This document shows, one piece after another, positions 30,992 to 41,433 of a stretch of DNA of 64,000 nt (positions within the stretch are counted from its first letter, which is position 1; the number at the start of each line of letters is the position of its first letter). The notes beneath the pieces are model-generated. The model saw only the letters and a program-made list of their open reading frames with translations. It searched no databases and had not been told where the DNA came from. The translations under genes and the position numbers were made by a program. This DNA is from Candidatus Bathyarchaeia archaeon (lineage in GTDB: Archaea; Thermoproteota; Bathyarchaeia; Bathyarchaeales; Bathycorpusculaceae): the NCBI GenBank assembly GCA_049512075.1, contig JBEKXL010000003.1, forward strand, positions 64,001 to 128,000, given 5' to 3'.

Positions 30992-31516
30992 CTAGCCTCC
31001 CTTCTTTTCGACGCACTTAAGAAACCCTATTTCCCGAAGCGTTTTGCCTATGCTTCCAGGGTTGCCCTTCGGTAGCGGCGGCAGGCCCAGGGTTTCTCTC
31101 TTCTTTAGCCTTAACTCGGGAATTCGGTAAGCGTAGCCTGACTCGAGTATGCTTGATGCTTCCTCTTTGAACATTTGAGGAACGATGCCCTTCTCAGCTG
31201 CCAAGTTTCTCAGAACACGTATGACACTGGCCACTTCAACATCTTGTGGACACCGGTCTGTGCACGTGAAGCAGGCTGCGCAAAGCCACAGTGTGTCGCT
31301 GTTCAGCACTCTGTCTCTGAGTCCGAGCTGCGTCATTCGGATTATCTGTCTCGGCCTGTAGGTTTCGCTGAACCGTGCAACTGGACAGTCTGACGTGCAT
31401 GTTCCACACTGGAAGCAGCGCATCACTTTTTCTCCGCCGTGCATCTTTGAAATTTCGTACTTGAATTTGGGATCTATTTCTGAAGCTTTTATGGGCTTTT
31501 CAGCTGTTTCCGTCAT
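30992..31516 (-). CDS. hdrC: Heterodisulfide reductase subunit C
   Basis: [26 protein letters not shown]. Confidence 0.92.
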   Translation of the reverse strand: MTETAEKPIKASEIDPKFKYEISKMHGGEKVMRCFQCGTCTSDCPVARFSETYRPRQIIRMTQLGLRDRVLNSDTLWLCAACFTCTDRCPQDVEVASVIRVLRNLAAEKGIVPQMFKEEASSILESGYAYRIPELRLKKRETLGLPPLPKGNPGSIGKTLREIGFLKCVEKKGG

Positions 31517-31956
31517 TGGGCTTCAGCTTCCATGGCTTTTACCTGGCTTGGACCAAGCTTCTTCAAGTCTTCCACCATGCTTCTGACCACAGCGGCCCAT
31601 TTGTCCCCTTCACTTGCTGAAATCCATTCTAGCCGCAGACGTTCGGGTTCTATTCCGAAGTCTTTAAGGACTCTCTTCAGCAGGTTTATTCTTCTCATGG
31701 CCTTGAAGTTTCCGCTGATGTAGTGACAGTCTGATGGTAAGTGGCAGCCTGCGACTAGCACGCCGTCCGCGCCGTCTTTGAATGCTTCTAGCACGAACGC
31801 TGGGTCTATTCTGCCGCTGCACATCACGCGTATGATTCTGATGTTTGGGGGGTACTGGATTCTGCTTACACCCGCCAAGTCTGCTCCAGCGTAGCTGCAC
31901 CAGTTGCACAGAAAACCGATTATTTTCGGTTCAAACCCGTCGTTCTTGCTCATCAT
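31513..31956 (-). CDS. mvhD: Hydrogenase/Hdr 2Fe-2S adaptor MvhD
   Basis: [21 protein letters not shown]....DCHY, WISASEG; true start MMSKND overlaps the hdrA stop. Confidence 0.93.
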   Translation of the reverse strand: MMSKNDGFEPKIIGFLCNWCSYAGADLAGVSRIQYPPNIRIIRVMCSGRIDPAFVLEAFKDGADGVLVAGCHLPSDCHYISGNFKAMRRINLLKRVLKDFGIEPERLRLEWISASEGDKWAAVVRSMVEDLKKLGPSQVKAMEAEAQ

Positions 31957-34900
31957 TCTGCCTCCACTAAGGCTGCTTTGACTTGAGCAAGTATTTCCTG
32001 CGTGGTAAAGTGTCCCATCGTGATAGCATTTGTTGGACAGGCCGTACCGCATGCGCCGCAGCCCTTGCACAGGGCTTCAATCACGTGTGCGATTGGTTTT
32101 CCATCCTTGTCCTTCATTTCGACTGCACCGTATGGGCATAGATACTCACAGATTCTGCAGGCACTACATAAATCTTCGTCAACGTTTGCGATGATTCCTT
32201 CCATCTCGAGCGTGTTTTTGGAGAGTATTGTTGCGGCCCTCGAAGCAGCTGCACACGCTTGCGCGATGCTTTCTTCGACGTACTTTGGCGAGTGAGCCAT
32301 TCCACACAGGAAAACGCCGTCGGTTGCGAAATCCACTGGACGGAGTTTCATGTGTGCTTCCAGGAAGGAGCCATCCTTTGTCAGTGGCACCTTGAGCAGT
32401 TCGGCTATATGCTTGTTCTCAGGGTTCGGAATCGTTGCCGCGCTCAAGACTACGAGGTCAGGCTCGATTTCGAGTTGTTGCTTCAGCACGGGTTCCCAGA
32501 AAGCCATTTTGAGTTTGTTTCCCTCCTTGGTGAGTTCCGGCTTGCGTTCATCGTCATAGTTTATGAACGTGACCCCTTTCATTGCAGCGTCACGGTAGTA
32601 GTCTTCCTTGAACCCGTAGGATCTGATGTCCTTGAACAACACGTACACTTCGGTCTGTGGGCTTACTTCCTTGATTTTCAAAGCGTTCTTGATGGCTTGT
32701 CCACAGCATATTCTTGAGCAGTTGGGTCGCTCTTTTGTTCTTGCGCCGATACATTGGACCATGACCACGTTTTTGGCGTTGAATTCTCCTTTGGCAAGGT
32801 CTTCTTCCAGCTCATGCTGTGTCACGACCCTCGGGTCTTTGTCATAGAAGTACTCGGTGGGTCTGTATTCCACCGCACCAGTGGCGACTACCACTATGCC
32901 GTGCTGAATTTCCTTTTCGCTACCGTTCTGCTGGTGGATTTTTGACTTGAAGTTTCCCACGAAACCGTAGACGTCGGCAACTTCTGCTCCCGTGTAGACG
33001 TGTATCTTGTCATTCTTCATGACTTCGTTGACGATGGCATTTACTTTTTCTTTCGGGTCGCTTTTCTCTCCAAGTAGATAGTACATTGTGCGAAGATGAC
33101 CGCCCAATTCCTTTTCTTTTTCAACCAAATGCACTTCGAACCCTTGTTTTGCAAGCTCCAGAGCTGCCGTCATGCCGGAGACGCCGCCTCCTATGATGAG
33201 ACCGACCTGGGTGACGTTTATCACCGGTTTCTTCAAGGGTTTCAACAGTGCTGCTTTGGCAACTATTGACCTGACGAGGTCTTTGGCTTTTTCCGTGGCC
33301 TCTTTCGGCTCATGCATGTGTACCCAGCTGCACTGGTCTCGGATGTTCGTCATCTCAAACAGGTACGGGTTCAATCCAGCTTCCTGGACTGTTTCTTTGA
33401 AGAGCGGTTCGTGCGTCCTCGGCGTGCACGAAGCAACTATGACGCGGTTCAGTTTGTTCTGCTGGATTTCTTCGCGTATGAGCTTCTGTGTGTCCTGTGA
33501 GCAAGTGTAAACGTTTGCCTCTGCGTAGACCACATTTGGCAGGGTCTTTGCGTACTCCACGACTTGGGGTACGTTTACGACTCCGCCGATGTTGATCCCG
33601 CAGTGGCAGACGAAAACTCCGATGCGAGGCTCTTCTTTGCTCACGTCTCTTTCAGCAGGATACTCTCTTGCTACAACCTGTGTTCCTCTTGCGTCTGCGA
33701 TTATTCCCATGGCTCTTGCTGCTGCGCCGCTTGCTTGGGCTACGCTTTCAGGTATGTCTTTCGGTGCAGAGAAGGCGCCGCAGACGAAGATGCCCGGTTT
33801 AGAAGTGTCCATCGGAGAGAAGGTTTGTGTTTCGCAGAAGTTGTACTTGTTGAGCTTGATTCCCAGGTTTTTGGCCAGTTCTTCAACGCCCTTCGGGGGT
33901 TGCATTCCTATTGCCAGCACAACCATGTCGAACTCTTCCGTCTTTGGGTTTTCGTCTTGGACGTAATGGACGAAGAGGTTGCCCGTCAACGGGTCTTCAG
34001 TTACTCCGGCGACGCGTGATCTCGTGAATCTTATGCCATACTCTTCTTCAGCGCGGTTGCGGTAGGCGTCGAACTCTTTTCCGTACGAACGCATGTCCAT
34101 GTAGAAGATTGACGCGTCCATTTGGATGGGTGTGTGCTCTTTTGCTATGACGGCTTCTTTAATGCCGTACATGCAGCACGCCGCGGAACAGTAGTTGTTT
34201 CCGAGCTGGTAGTCTCTTGAGCCGACGCATTGGATAAAGGCCACCCTTTTCGGTATTTCACCGTCTGAAGGTCTTATGACGAGTCCGCCGTACGGGCCGG
34301 AGGCGCTCAGGATGCGTTCGAATTCGATGCTTGTGACGACGTTTTGGAAGCGTCCGTAGCCGTACTCGCTTTTGAGCCTTGCGTCGAAGGGTTCGAATCC
34401 TGGAGCGAGGATTATTGAGCCAACTTTCAGGGTTGTTTCGGTCTCTTTCTGGTCGTACTCGATTGCTCTTGCTTTGCAGATTTCGTAGCACGTTCCGCAT
34501 CCTATGCATTTTTCGCGGTCAATCTTGTACTTCAGTGGGACTGCCTGTGGATACTCCACGTAGACTGCGCCTCTGTTCGCTAGGCCTTCGTTAAACATGT
34601 CAACGGCTTCGATTGGACACTTCTGCGCGCAGATGCCGCAGCCGTTGCACTTGTCTTCGATTATGTAGCGGCTGTTTCTTCGAATCTTTACTTCGAAGTT
34701 TCCAGCTTCACCGTTCAATCCCGTGATGTCCGCGTTCGTCAGAATCGTGATGTTCGGGTGCCTTCCAGTTGCAACAAGCTTGGGTGACAGGATGCACATT
34801 GAACAGTCGTTTGTTGGAAATGTTTTGTCGAGCTGAGCCATCACTCCGCCTATGCTTGGTCCTTTGTCAACAAGGTACACTTTGAATCCGGAGTCGGCTA

Positions 34901-34973
34901 GGTCCAAGGATGCTTGTATGCCAGCGACTCCTCCGCCGACCACCATTACTGCTCCGATTTTTTGGTTTTTCAT
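31953..34973 (-). CDS. hdrA: Large heterodisulfide reductase subunit A with duplicated FAD modules
   Basis: [19 protein letters not shown]; IQCVGSRD...CS..CC; VFVCHCG; second GGGVSG and QCIGAR...CSRICC; terminal ferredoxin. Confidence 0.92.
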   Translation of the reverse strand: MKNQKIGAVMVVGGGVAGIQASLDLADSGFKVYLVDKGPSIGGVMAQLDKTFPTNDCSMCILSPKLVATGRHPNITILTNADITGLNGEAGNFEVKIRRNSRYIIEDKCNGCGICAQKCPIEAVDMFNEGLANRGAVYVEYPQAVPLKYKIDREKCIGCGTCYEICKARAIEYDQKETETTLKVGSIILAPGFEPFDARLKSEYGYGRFQNVVTSIEFERILSASGPYGGLVIRPSDGEIPKRVAFIQCVGSRDYQLGNNYCSAACCMYGIKEAVIAKEHTPIQMDASIFYMDMRSYGKEFDAYRNRAEEEYGIRFTRSRVAGVTEDPLTGNLFVHYVQDENPKTEEFDMVVLAIGMQPPKGVEELAKNLGIKLNKYNFCETQTFSPMDTSKPGIFVCGAFSAPKDIPESVAQASGAAARAMGIIADARGTQVVAREYPAERDVSKEEPRIGVFVCHCGINIGGVVNVPQVVEYAKTLPNVVYAEANVYTCSQDTQKLIREEIQQNKLNRVIVASCTPRTHEPLFKETVQEAGLNPYLFEMTNIRDQCSWVHMHEPKEATEKAKDLVRSIVAKAALLKPLKKPVINVTQVGLIIGGGVSGMTAALELAKQGFEVHLVEKEKELGGHLRTMYYLLGEKSDPKEKVNAIVNEVMKNDKIHVYTGAEVADVYGFVGNFKSKIHQQNGSEKEIQHGIVVVATGAVEYRPTEYFYDKDPRVVTQHELEEDLAKGEFNAKNVVMVQCIGARTKERPNCSRICCGQAIKNALKIKEVSPQTEVYVLFKDIRSYGFKEDYYRDAAMKGVTFINYDDERKPELTKEGNKLKMAFWEPVLKQQLEIEPDLVVLSAATIPNPENKHIAELLKVPLTKDGSFLEAHMKLRPVDFATDGVFLCGMAHSPKYVEESIAQACAAASRAATILSKNTLEMEGIIANVDEDLCSACRICEYLCPYGAVEMKDKDGKPIAHVIEALCKGCGACGTACPTNAITMGHFTTQEILAQVKAALVEAE

Positions 34974-34974
34974 T

Positions 34975-35736
34975 TTATTCAACCTCCAAAGCCTTGTAGA
35001 GAGGTGTCGTTCCCTCGATGCTGTCAAGAGCTATCATGTTTTTTCTGCGCATGTTCACTATCTGTTTGAGAACCGCCGCTGGCTTCATTTCGGTTACTTC
35101 TGCCAAGGCCTTGACTGAAAGCGGCTTGGTTTTTGTGAGAAGGTGAATCTTGTACCTGATGAATTCGTCTTCAACAACGTCATCCATCAATGTGTCGAAT
35201 TCTTCAGGTGTGAGTTTGTCACCGTAAACGTTCACGCCTTCGGTGAGTTCCTTCTCCCTGCCAAGCAAGACTCTCAGGCGAAACTCGCCGGCAGCGTTCT
35301 TGGCAGCTAGGAGATTCACAATAGGCATGGATTCGCGCTTTGCATTTTTCAGCTGGGAAGCTCCTAGTTTCTCTATTTCCTTGGAGAACTCTTTCGCTGA
35401 GCGCGTGAAACTCGTTTCTTCCAAGGGCGAGTACCAGAGCAGGCTTAGGCGTTCAGGTTCCAAGCCTGTCAATGCCAACAGCTTCTTCAGCATTTTTACG
35501 GCGCGTTCTGCTTGCAGGTTACCTTCAACGAAGTGGCAGTCTGGCGGTTTGCATCCTGCCAGCATCACGGCATCGGCGCCTTTCTCGAATATTTCGAGAA
35601 CAACGGTCGGGTCTATTTCTCCGATGCAGTTTACGCGTGCCACGTTAATGTTGGATGGTACTGGGTTTTCGCTCCTGCAGAAGGCGAAGTTGCACATCAA
35701 ACAAACAATTCTGGGTTCTTTGTCCGTCATTCTCAT
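34975..35736 (-). CDS. Divergent MvhD domain fused to a C-terminal winged-helix domain
   Basis: CLMCNF, RVNCIG, GCKPPDCHF; C-terminal PLSVKALAEVTEMKPAAVLKQIVNMRRKNMI...TPLY. Confidence 0.75.
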   Translation of the reverse strand: MRMTDKEPRIVCLMCNFAFCRSENPVPSNINVARVNCIGEIDPTVVLEIFEKGADAVMLAGCKPPDCHFVEGNLQAERAVKMLKKLLALTGLEPERLSLLWYSPLEETSFTRSAKEFSKEIEKLGASQLKNAKRESMPIVNLLAAKNAAGEFRLRVLLGREKELTEGVNVYGDKLTPEEFDTLMDDVVEDEFIRYKIHLLTKTKPLSVKALAEVTEMKPAAVLKQIVNMRRKNMIALDSIEGTTPLYKALEVE

Positions 35737-37455
35737 CTACTCCTTGGGGGTTGGTATGGCAAAGTTTAGTATGTGCTCGTTGGTTATTTTCTTCATCGTT
35801 ATCGCCCTTACTGGGCATCTTGCTGCACAGAGTCCACATCCCTTGCACAGATCCTCGTTTATTCGTGCGATGTTGTTCTCGTCCTTTTCAGCTGCTCCGA
35901 ATGGACAGACGATGGCGCACACGTTGCAGCCTATACAGAGAGCTTCGTCGACGGCGGCCTTGTCGCCCTCGCATAGATCTGTGGTTCCGAGGCATTCTGC
36001 GCAGGGTCCGCAACCTAGGCAACGGCAAGCTTCAAACTTGGCGTCTCTCTCCAGTTTTTCCACGTAGTCTTGCACCTCTTCGAAAGCGGTATGGGATTTC
36101 TCTGAGAGAGGGTTGTACCGACGTTCTTTCTTCTTTATCTGTTTCGGGTTTTTGGCCCATGTTGCTTCTTCGATGTTCTCTTCTCTTCCCTTGTGGATGT
36201 CTTGTCCGCTCAGGTGTAGGTGAATTGACGCGGCTGCTCGTTTTCCCTGTCCCACGGCTTCGATTATGCTTGCGGGTCCAGTGGTTATGTCGCCGCCTGC
36301 GAAGACTCCTGGAATTTTGGTCTCGAGTGTTAATGGGTCTGTCGTTATCGTTGGAATCTTTGCTTTCTCATCCTGCAGGGGCTTCGGGATGCACTTACTT
36401 TCTGCTAGCTGGCCCAGGGCGGGGATGACCATGTCCACTTCGTACTTGTGCTCAGAACCGGGCATCGGCACTGGACGCCTCCTGCCGCTTTCGTCAGGCT
36501 CACCCAGCTTCATTCGCAAACATTCGAGGGCCACGACTTTGCCGTTTTCGCCGATAATCTGTTTTGGTGCAACTAGAATCTCTATTTTGACGCCGTCCTT
36601 TTCGGCTTCTTCCACTTCGCTCGGTAAGGCGGGCATTTCCTCTCGGGAACGTCTGTACAGAAGGGTGACTTCTCTTGCACCCAATCTTTTGGCTGTTCTG
36701 GCAGCGTCAATTGCGCTGTTCCCACCGCCGACCACAGCTACTCTCTGTCCGACTTCCACTTTTTTTCCAAGGGCTATGTCTCTTAGGAAGTCAACGGCGT
36801 TCACGACGCCCTTCAGGTCTTCACCCGGAACGCTAAGCATCATTCCTTGCTGGGTGCCGATAGCCAGAAAAATAGCCTTGCAGCCTTCCTCCTGCAGGCT
36901 TTCAATCGTGATGTCCTTTCCAAATTCAACGCCTGTTCTGATTTCCACGCCCAGGTCTTTGATGTAGTTTGCTTCGTTTTCCACGACGAATTTCTCAAGG
37001 CGGAAATCAGGTATACAGTAGCGCATCATGCCTCCAGGCTCGGCCATGCGTTCATAAACTGTCACGGGGTAACCGAGTTTTGCGAGTTCGTATGCCGCGG
37101 TTAGGCCTGCGGGACCCGCTCCGATGATAGCGACTTTCTCTGCGTGTCTCTTGGGTATGGGTTTGGGTTTGACCTTTCTCTGTTGGCGTTCGATGTCGGC
37201 GACGAACTTCTTCAATGCGCGTATGGCTACAGCCTGGTCCACATCAGTTCTTGCGCATGCGTCCTCACATGGACTGAAGCACACTCTTCCGCAGATTGCT
37301 GGGAAGGGCATGTCGTTTCGAATGATGTCAACTGCTTCCTTGTACTTTCCTCTTTGAATTAGAGAAACGTATGCTTGAACGTTAACGTGTGCTGGACATG
37401 CAAATCGGCATGGCGGGAGCTTTCTTTTCACGGTTGTCACAGTCTCAGTTGTCAT
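35737..37455 (-). CDS. GltD/NfnB-like FAD/NADPH oxidoreductase with C-terminal ferredoxin (HdrL-like module)
   Basis: PCRFACP, ICGRVCFSPCE, GAGPAG, GGGNSA..YRRS, RCLGC, two CxxCxxC motifs. Confidence 0.85.
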   Translation of the reverse strand: MTTETVTTVKRKLPPCRFACPAHVNVQAYVSLIQRGKYKEAVDIIRNDMPFPAICGRVCFSPCEDACARTDVDQAVAIRALKKFVADIERQQRKVKPKPIPKRHAEKVAIIGAGPAGLTAAYELAKLGYPVTVYERMAEPGGMMRYCIPDFRLEKFVVENEANYIKDLGVEIRTGVEFGKDITIESLQEEGCKAIFLAIGTQQGMMLSVPGEDLKGVVNAVDFLRDIALGKKVEVGQRVAVVGGGNSAIDAARTAKRLGAREVTLLYRRSREEMPALPSEVEEAEKDGVKIEILVAPKQIIGENGKVVALECLRMKLGEPDESGRRRPVPMPGSEHKYEVDMVIPALGQLAESKCIPKPLQDEKAKIPTITTDPLTLETKIPGVFAGGDITTGPASIIEAVGQGKRAAASIHLHLSGQDIHKGREENIEEATWAKNPKQIKKKERRYNPLSEKSHTAFEEVQDYVEKLERDAKFEACRCLGCGPCAECLGTTDLCEGDKAAVDEALCIGCNVCAIVCPFGAAEKDENNIARINEDLCKGCGLCAARCPVRAITMKKITNEHILNFAIPTPKE

Positions 37456-37516
37456 TCTCGAACCTCGCTTCACTCATCAAGTATTGTTTCCAAAGCGAAC
37501 TTATTAAATCGCCTAA

Positions 37517-37539
37517 GCCACCCTTGGCATATGGGTGGC
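37517..37539. promoter_or_regulatory. Inverted repeat adjacent to the hdr/mvh operon promoter (operator or terminator hairpin)
   Basis: GCCACCC-N9-GGGTGGC just upstream of the minus-strand TATA TTTAATAA (37508-37501). Confidence 0.5.
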
Positions 37540-37583
37540 ATAAATCGAGATCGCAGGCTTGATACGTCGTATTAGAATCTTGT

Positions 37584-38174
37584 TTATTCACGTGATCTTT
37601 CCTCCAGTTTGTCAACCCATTTGTTGTATTCGCGCGCGCCCATCAGGCTGTCAAGCTCTTGCTTCATGGTCAAGGAGTTGTTCGGTTTGATTTCCGCGAT
37701 CCATCCTTGTCCGTATGGGTCTTCGTTGACCATGGTGGGTTTTTCTCTGAGTTTTTCGTTGATTTTGGCTATTTGGCCGCTGACTGGTGAGTAGAGGTCA
37801 AACAGCAGCATCCATGTTTCGGCGACTCCGAACGGTTCCATTTTGTTGAGTTCTTTTCCAACTGGCTCTGTGCGAACTTGAGCCAGACCTCTCAGTCGCT
37901 TCTGTGCATAGTCAGATATGCCGACGCGTACGTTTCCATCTGTTGTCGTTTGAGCCCAGGTGTGTTTCGGCGTGTATAGCAATTGGTCGGGTGCGGAAGG
38001 CGTTTCCTGAGTCTTGCCCGTTGAGAATCCCTCTGCGCGCGCGAGTTCCTCCAGACGTAGGCGGATAGCCTCTGAAACAAATTCCGATATGCTTCGGTAA
38101 CGGCCTGTTTTGATGACCTTTTCGATTTCTTTTATGAGCTCCTGTCTGATGCTAATCGTCTTCCACTCAGACAT
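37584..38174 (-). CDS. Ribbon-helix-helix domain fused to a GcvH-like domain lacking the lipoyl lysine
   Basis: KTISI...YRSISEFVSEAIR (RHH); YTPKHTW..GISDYAQ..AETWM..DLYSPVSG..NEDPYGQGW (GcvH, with ESVK replaced by ETWM). Confidence 0.85.
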   Translation of the reverse strand: MSEWKTISIRQELIKEIEKVIKTGRYRSISEFVSEAIRLRLEELARAEGFSTGKTQETPSAPDQLLYTPKHTWAQTTTDGNVRVGISDYAQKRLRGLAQVRTEPVGKELNKMEPFGVAETWMLLFDLYSPVSGQIAKINEKLREKPTMVNEDPYGQGWIAEIKPNNSLTMKQELDSLMGAREYNKWVDKLEERSRE

Positions 38175-38398
38175 TCACAGGCCTTCCTTCCCTCGGTTTT
38201 GAGTTAGATGTGCTTCAAGTTTGAGTTATTTAGAGTTTTCCTTGACCGTCTAGGAAATAATCCATTGCCTGAACATAAATCAAAACAAGTAGACTGGGCG
38301 CTTCCAATCTAGAATGCGGGTCAAAACTGGCCCGATTCTCTCTGATGCTTCGAAAGCCTCGCCAGTTGGGTCTCATTAGAACCACTGAAGGAGGTAGG

Positions 38399-41200
38399 TT
38401 AACTCGGCATCGCTTCTGCTTCTTTCTGTTCTTTTGGTTCCAATTGCGTTCGTATCTGGTTCGAGGCCTGTTTTTCCTTGACCGTTTTTGGCTCTGCGCA
38501 TCTAGCTTCTTCTTCTCTGATGCTGAGCATTCCTTTCACGGTTCCGTCATCCATGTATTTGACGGCGAAGCCCATTTTCTTCATGAGACCCATCGCCCTA
38601 TAGTTGTCAGCAAGCATTATGGCATAGATCGTTTCGAGCTTCATGTCAGCGCAGATTTCAAGCACATAATCTACGAGTTTCGTGCCGAGTCCTAGACCTT
38701 GCCAAGGGTCGGCGACTATGAAGGCGATTTCACCTGTTCTTCCGTCAGGTTCTATGCTCACTCGGGCTACGCCGAGGATTCTTTTTCGTCCTTCTTCCGT
38801 CAGTTCTGCGACTATGGCTATTTCTCGGTCGTAGTCTATGTTGCAGTAGCGGACTCTGGTTTCGTGCGGTGTGTCCTTGAGTACCTGGAAGAACCTATAG
38901 CGTATTGATTCTTCTGAGAAGTTCTGGAACATTTCTAGCCATAGTGGTTCGTCTTCGGGCTTTATCGGCCTCAGTATGACCGTCCTCCCGTCTCTTAATC
39001 TCCACATGGTCTCGTATTTTGTCGGATACGGCGTGACGATGAGATGCTGGTGAGGCTCAAACTTTGTAAATACCTTTGAGGGGTCTATCACGATGCGCGC
39101 GTCGAAGGCGAAGGCTTCTTTTTCATTTATGAAAAGCGGGTTGATGTCAACCTCTTTGAGCTGCGGAAAATCAACGAGCATTTGGCTGAAGCGGACCATT
39201 ATTTCTTCCAGCAGTTTGATGTTCGCGGGAGGGAAATTTCGATATCCTTTCAGAAGTTGATACATCTTCGTTTCTTCCATCATTCTTCTGACAAGAGTCT
39301 GGTTCAGCGGTGGGATTCCTATTGCGAAGTCCTTAAACAGCCCAACTCCAACTCCACCCATCCCGAAGAGTATGACCGGGCCGAAGAGCGGGTCTGCTTT
39401 CGCCCCGATGATTACCTCGTAGCCCTGCCTCTTTATCATGGGCTGAACGGTCACGCCCAGAATCTCAGCGTCCGGATCGTGTTCCTTTGCCTTCTGCGTT
39501 ATGCGTTTGAACGCCTCTCGCGCTTCGGCCTCGCTTGTTATGTCAAGCACGACGCCGCCTACGTCGCTTTTGTGAGTTATTTGAGGAGACAGAACCTTCA
39601 TCACGACCGGATATCCCAGCTGCGAAGCCAGTAGAGCCGCTTCGTTTTCAGTCTGAGCAGTCTTCGTTTTCACAACTGGGAAGTTGTAGTACTCCAAGAA
39701 TGTTTTGGCTTCAACTTCGGTGAGTATTTCACGGTTCTCAGTCGCAACGTTTCTCAACACGGTCAAGAGTGGTCGTCTTGGCGGCACAACGTCTACTGGA
39801 AGTTCTTCCGGTGTTTCATAAAGCAATTCAAGGTTGCGCTTGTACTGGTACATGTATTGGTACGTCTTGATTGCCTGCTCGGGTGTGGAGTATGTCGGAA
39901 TGTTGTTATCTATGAATATACGGTTAGCTTCTTCCACCGCTCCATAACCCATGAAAGAAGTCAATATTGTCTTGTTTTGATAAGTTCGGCTTCTTATCAG
40001 CTCTGCGAGACTCTTGGCCACTTCCACAGGTTCTACCACGGCTTGGGCAGTGTATATTATCACTATTCCATCCACATTATCATCGTTTAGACAAGCCTCA
40101 ACAACCGCCCTGTACCTGTCGGCCTTGGCGTCTCCGAGGATGTCAATCGGGTTTCCCCTGCTCCAGAAATGAGGCAGAACACTGTTGAGAACCTCCATCG
40201 TCTTGTCGCTGAGCTTCGCAAGCGTTCCTCCCTGAGCGATTAGAGAGTCGGTTGCCATGACGCCCGGCCCGCCGGCGTTGGTGATTATGGCAAGGTTGGG
40301 GCCTCGAGGTATAGGCTGCATGCCTAGCACTGCGGCACAGTTGAAAAGGTCCGCGATTTCTTCCACTCTAACCATGCCCGCCCGTTTGAACGCCTTGTCG
40401 TAAATCATGTCTTCGCCCGTCAGCGAACCAGTGTGCGAAGCAGCGGCTTTCGCGCTTTCGCTGAACTTGCCAGCCTTCACCACGATTATCGGTTTAGTTC
40501 GGGCAAAGTGTCTCGCGGCGCTCATGAACTTTCTGGCGTCGGTGATTCCTTCAATGTACATGAGGATGCTCTTCGTCTTCGGATCAGTGCCGAAATAGTC
40601 CATGAGGTCACCGAAGTCCACGTCGATCATCGAGCCCAACGACACGAAGTTGCTGAACCCTATGTTTTCATGCATCGCCCAGTCAAGGATTGCCGTGCCC
40701 AAGGCGCCGCTCTGAGAGATGAACGCTATGTTGCCCGGCTTCGGCATCTTGCTGATGAACGTCGCGTTCAAGTGCATAATTGGACGAATCACACCTAGAC
40801 AGTTCGGTCCAACGATTCGCATGTTATATTTCTTCTTGATTTCGGTTATTCTCTCTTCCAGTGCTCTGCCCTCAGGCCCGATTTCTTTGAAGCCCGCTGA
40901 GATTACGATAATGCCGTCTATACCGGCTCTTCCACACTGTTCGAGGACATCGGGCACAGTTCTCGCCGGTGTGGCTATCACGGCAAGATCCACGGGTTCA
41001 GGAACCTGTTCGACGTTTGCATAAGCCTTCAAGCCCAGAACCTCGGTTTTCTTGAGATTGACAGGAAAAACATGCCCCCCGAACCCTGACTCTGTGAAAT
41101 TCTTCATCAAAGCATAGCCGACTGAACCCTCTTCATCGCTTGCCCCAATAACCGCCACGCTTTTCGGGTTGAAAATCTTGTCAAGATTCAAGGTAACCAA
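38399..41200 (-). CDS. ADP-forming acyl-CoA synthetase (alpha+beta) fused to GNAT (Pat/YfiQ architecture)
   Basis: VGPNCLG, SQSGA, ASHTGSL, THKSDVGGV, DINPL; GNAT ILRPIKPED...WQGLGLGT. Confidence 0.92.
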   Translation of the reverse strand: MVTLNLDKIFNPKSVAVIGASDEEGSVGYALMKNFTESGFGGHVFPVNLKKTEVLGLKAYANVEQVPEPVDLAVIATPARTVPDVLEQCGRAGIDGIIVISAGFKEIGPEGRALEERITEIKKKYNMRIVGPNCLGVIRPIMHLNATFISKMPKPGNIAFISQSGALGTAILDWAMHENIGFSNFVSLGSMIDVDFGDLMDYFGTDPKTKSILMYIEGITDARKFMSAARHFARTKPIIVVKAGKFSESAKAAASHTGSLTGEDMIYDKAFKRAGMVRVEEIADLFNCAAVLGMQPIPRGPNLAIITNAGGPGVMATDSLIAQGGTLAKLSDKTMEVLNSVLPHFWSRGNPIDILGDAKADRYRAVVEACLNDDNVDGIVIIYTAQAVVEPVEVAKSLAELIRSRTYQNKTILTSFMGYGAVEEANRIFIDNNIPTYSTPEQAIKTYQYMYQYKRNLELLYETPEELPVDVVPPRRPLLTVLRNVATENREILTEVEAKTFLEYYNFPVVKTKTAQTENEAALLASQLGYPVVMKVLSPQITHKSDVGGVVLDITSEAEAREAFKRITQKAKEHDPDAEILGVTVQPMIKRQGYEVIIGAKADPLFGPVILFGMGGVGVGLFKDFAIGIPPLNQTLVRRMMEETKMYQLLKGYRNFPPANIKLLEEIMVRFSQMLVDFPQLKEVDINPLFINEKEAFAFDARIVIDPSKVFTKFEPHQHLIVTPYPTKYETMWRLRDGRTVILRPIKPEDEPLWLEMFQNFSEESIRYRFFQVLKDTPHETRVRYCNIDYDREIAIVAELTEEGRKRILGVARVSIEPDGRTGEIAFIVADPWQGLGLGTKLVDYVLEICADMKLETIYAIMLADNYRAMGLMKKMGFAVKYMDDGTVKGMLSIREEEARCAEPKTVKEKQASNQIRTQLEPKEQKEAEAMPS

Positions 41201-41433
41201 GACTGTAACCTTCCCAGAGTACGTGTTGAGCTGGATTAAGAAATTAGAGCTTTATTAAACATGAAATACACCTGAGTATTACACCCCATTATCCATCAAC
41301 TGAAGAAGCTTATCGACATGGCTAGATAAAAAGTTTAGGAAGCCTTGATACGTTTCTAGATGTGTCGAAAGTGCAGAACAGAAATTCATGTGTATGCCAA
41401 TTTCTTTTATATGAGTTCTGAATAGCGTTCATT

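Noticed and set aside
35243-36967. Long plus-strand ORFs (274, 257 and 233 aa) and similar ones elsewhere
   Set aside because: Antisense shadows of well-supported minus-strand genes, with no motifs
27668-37455. Selenocysteine recoding in Mvh/Hdr subunits
   Set aside because: All frames are open and the relevant positions are Cys (DPCFGC, CNWC); no in-frame TGA
37584-38174. Functional glycine cleavage H protein
   Set aside because: The lipoyl lysine is absent and no gcvP/T/L genes are nearby
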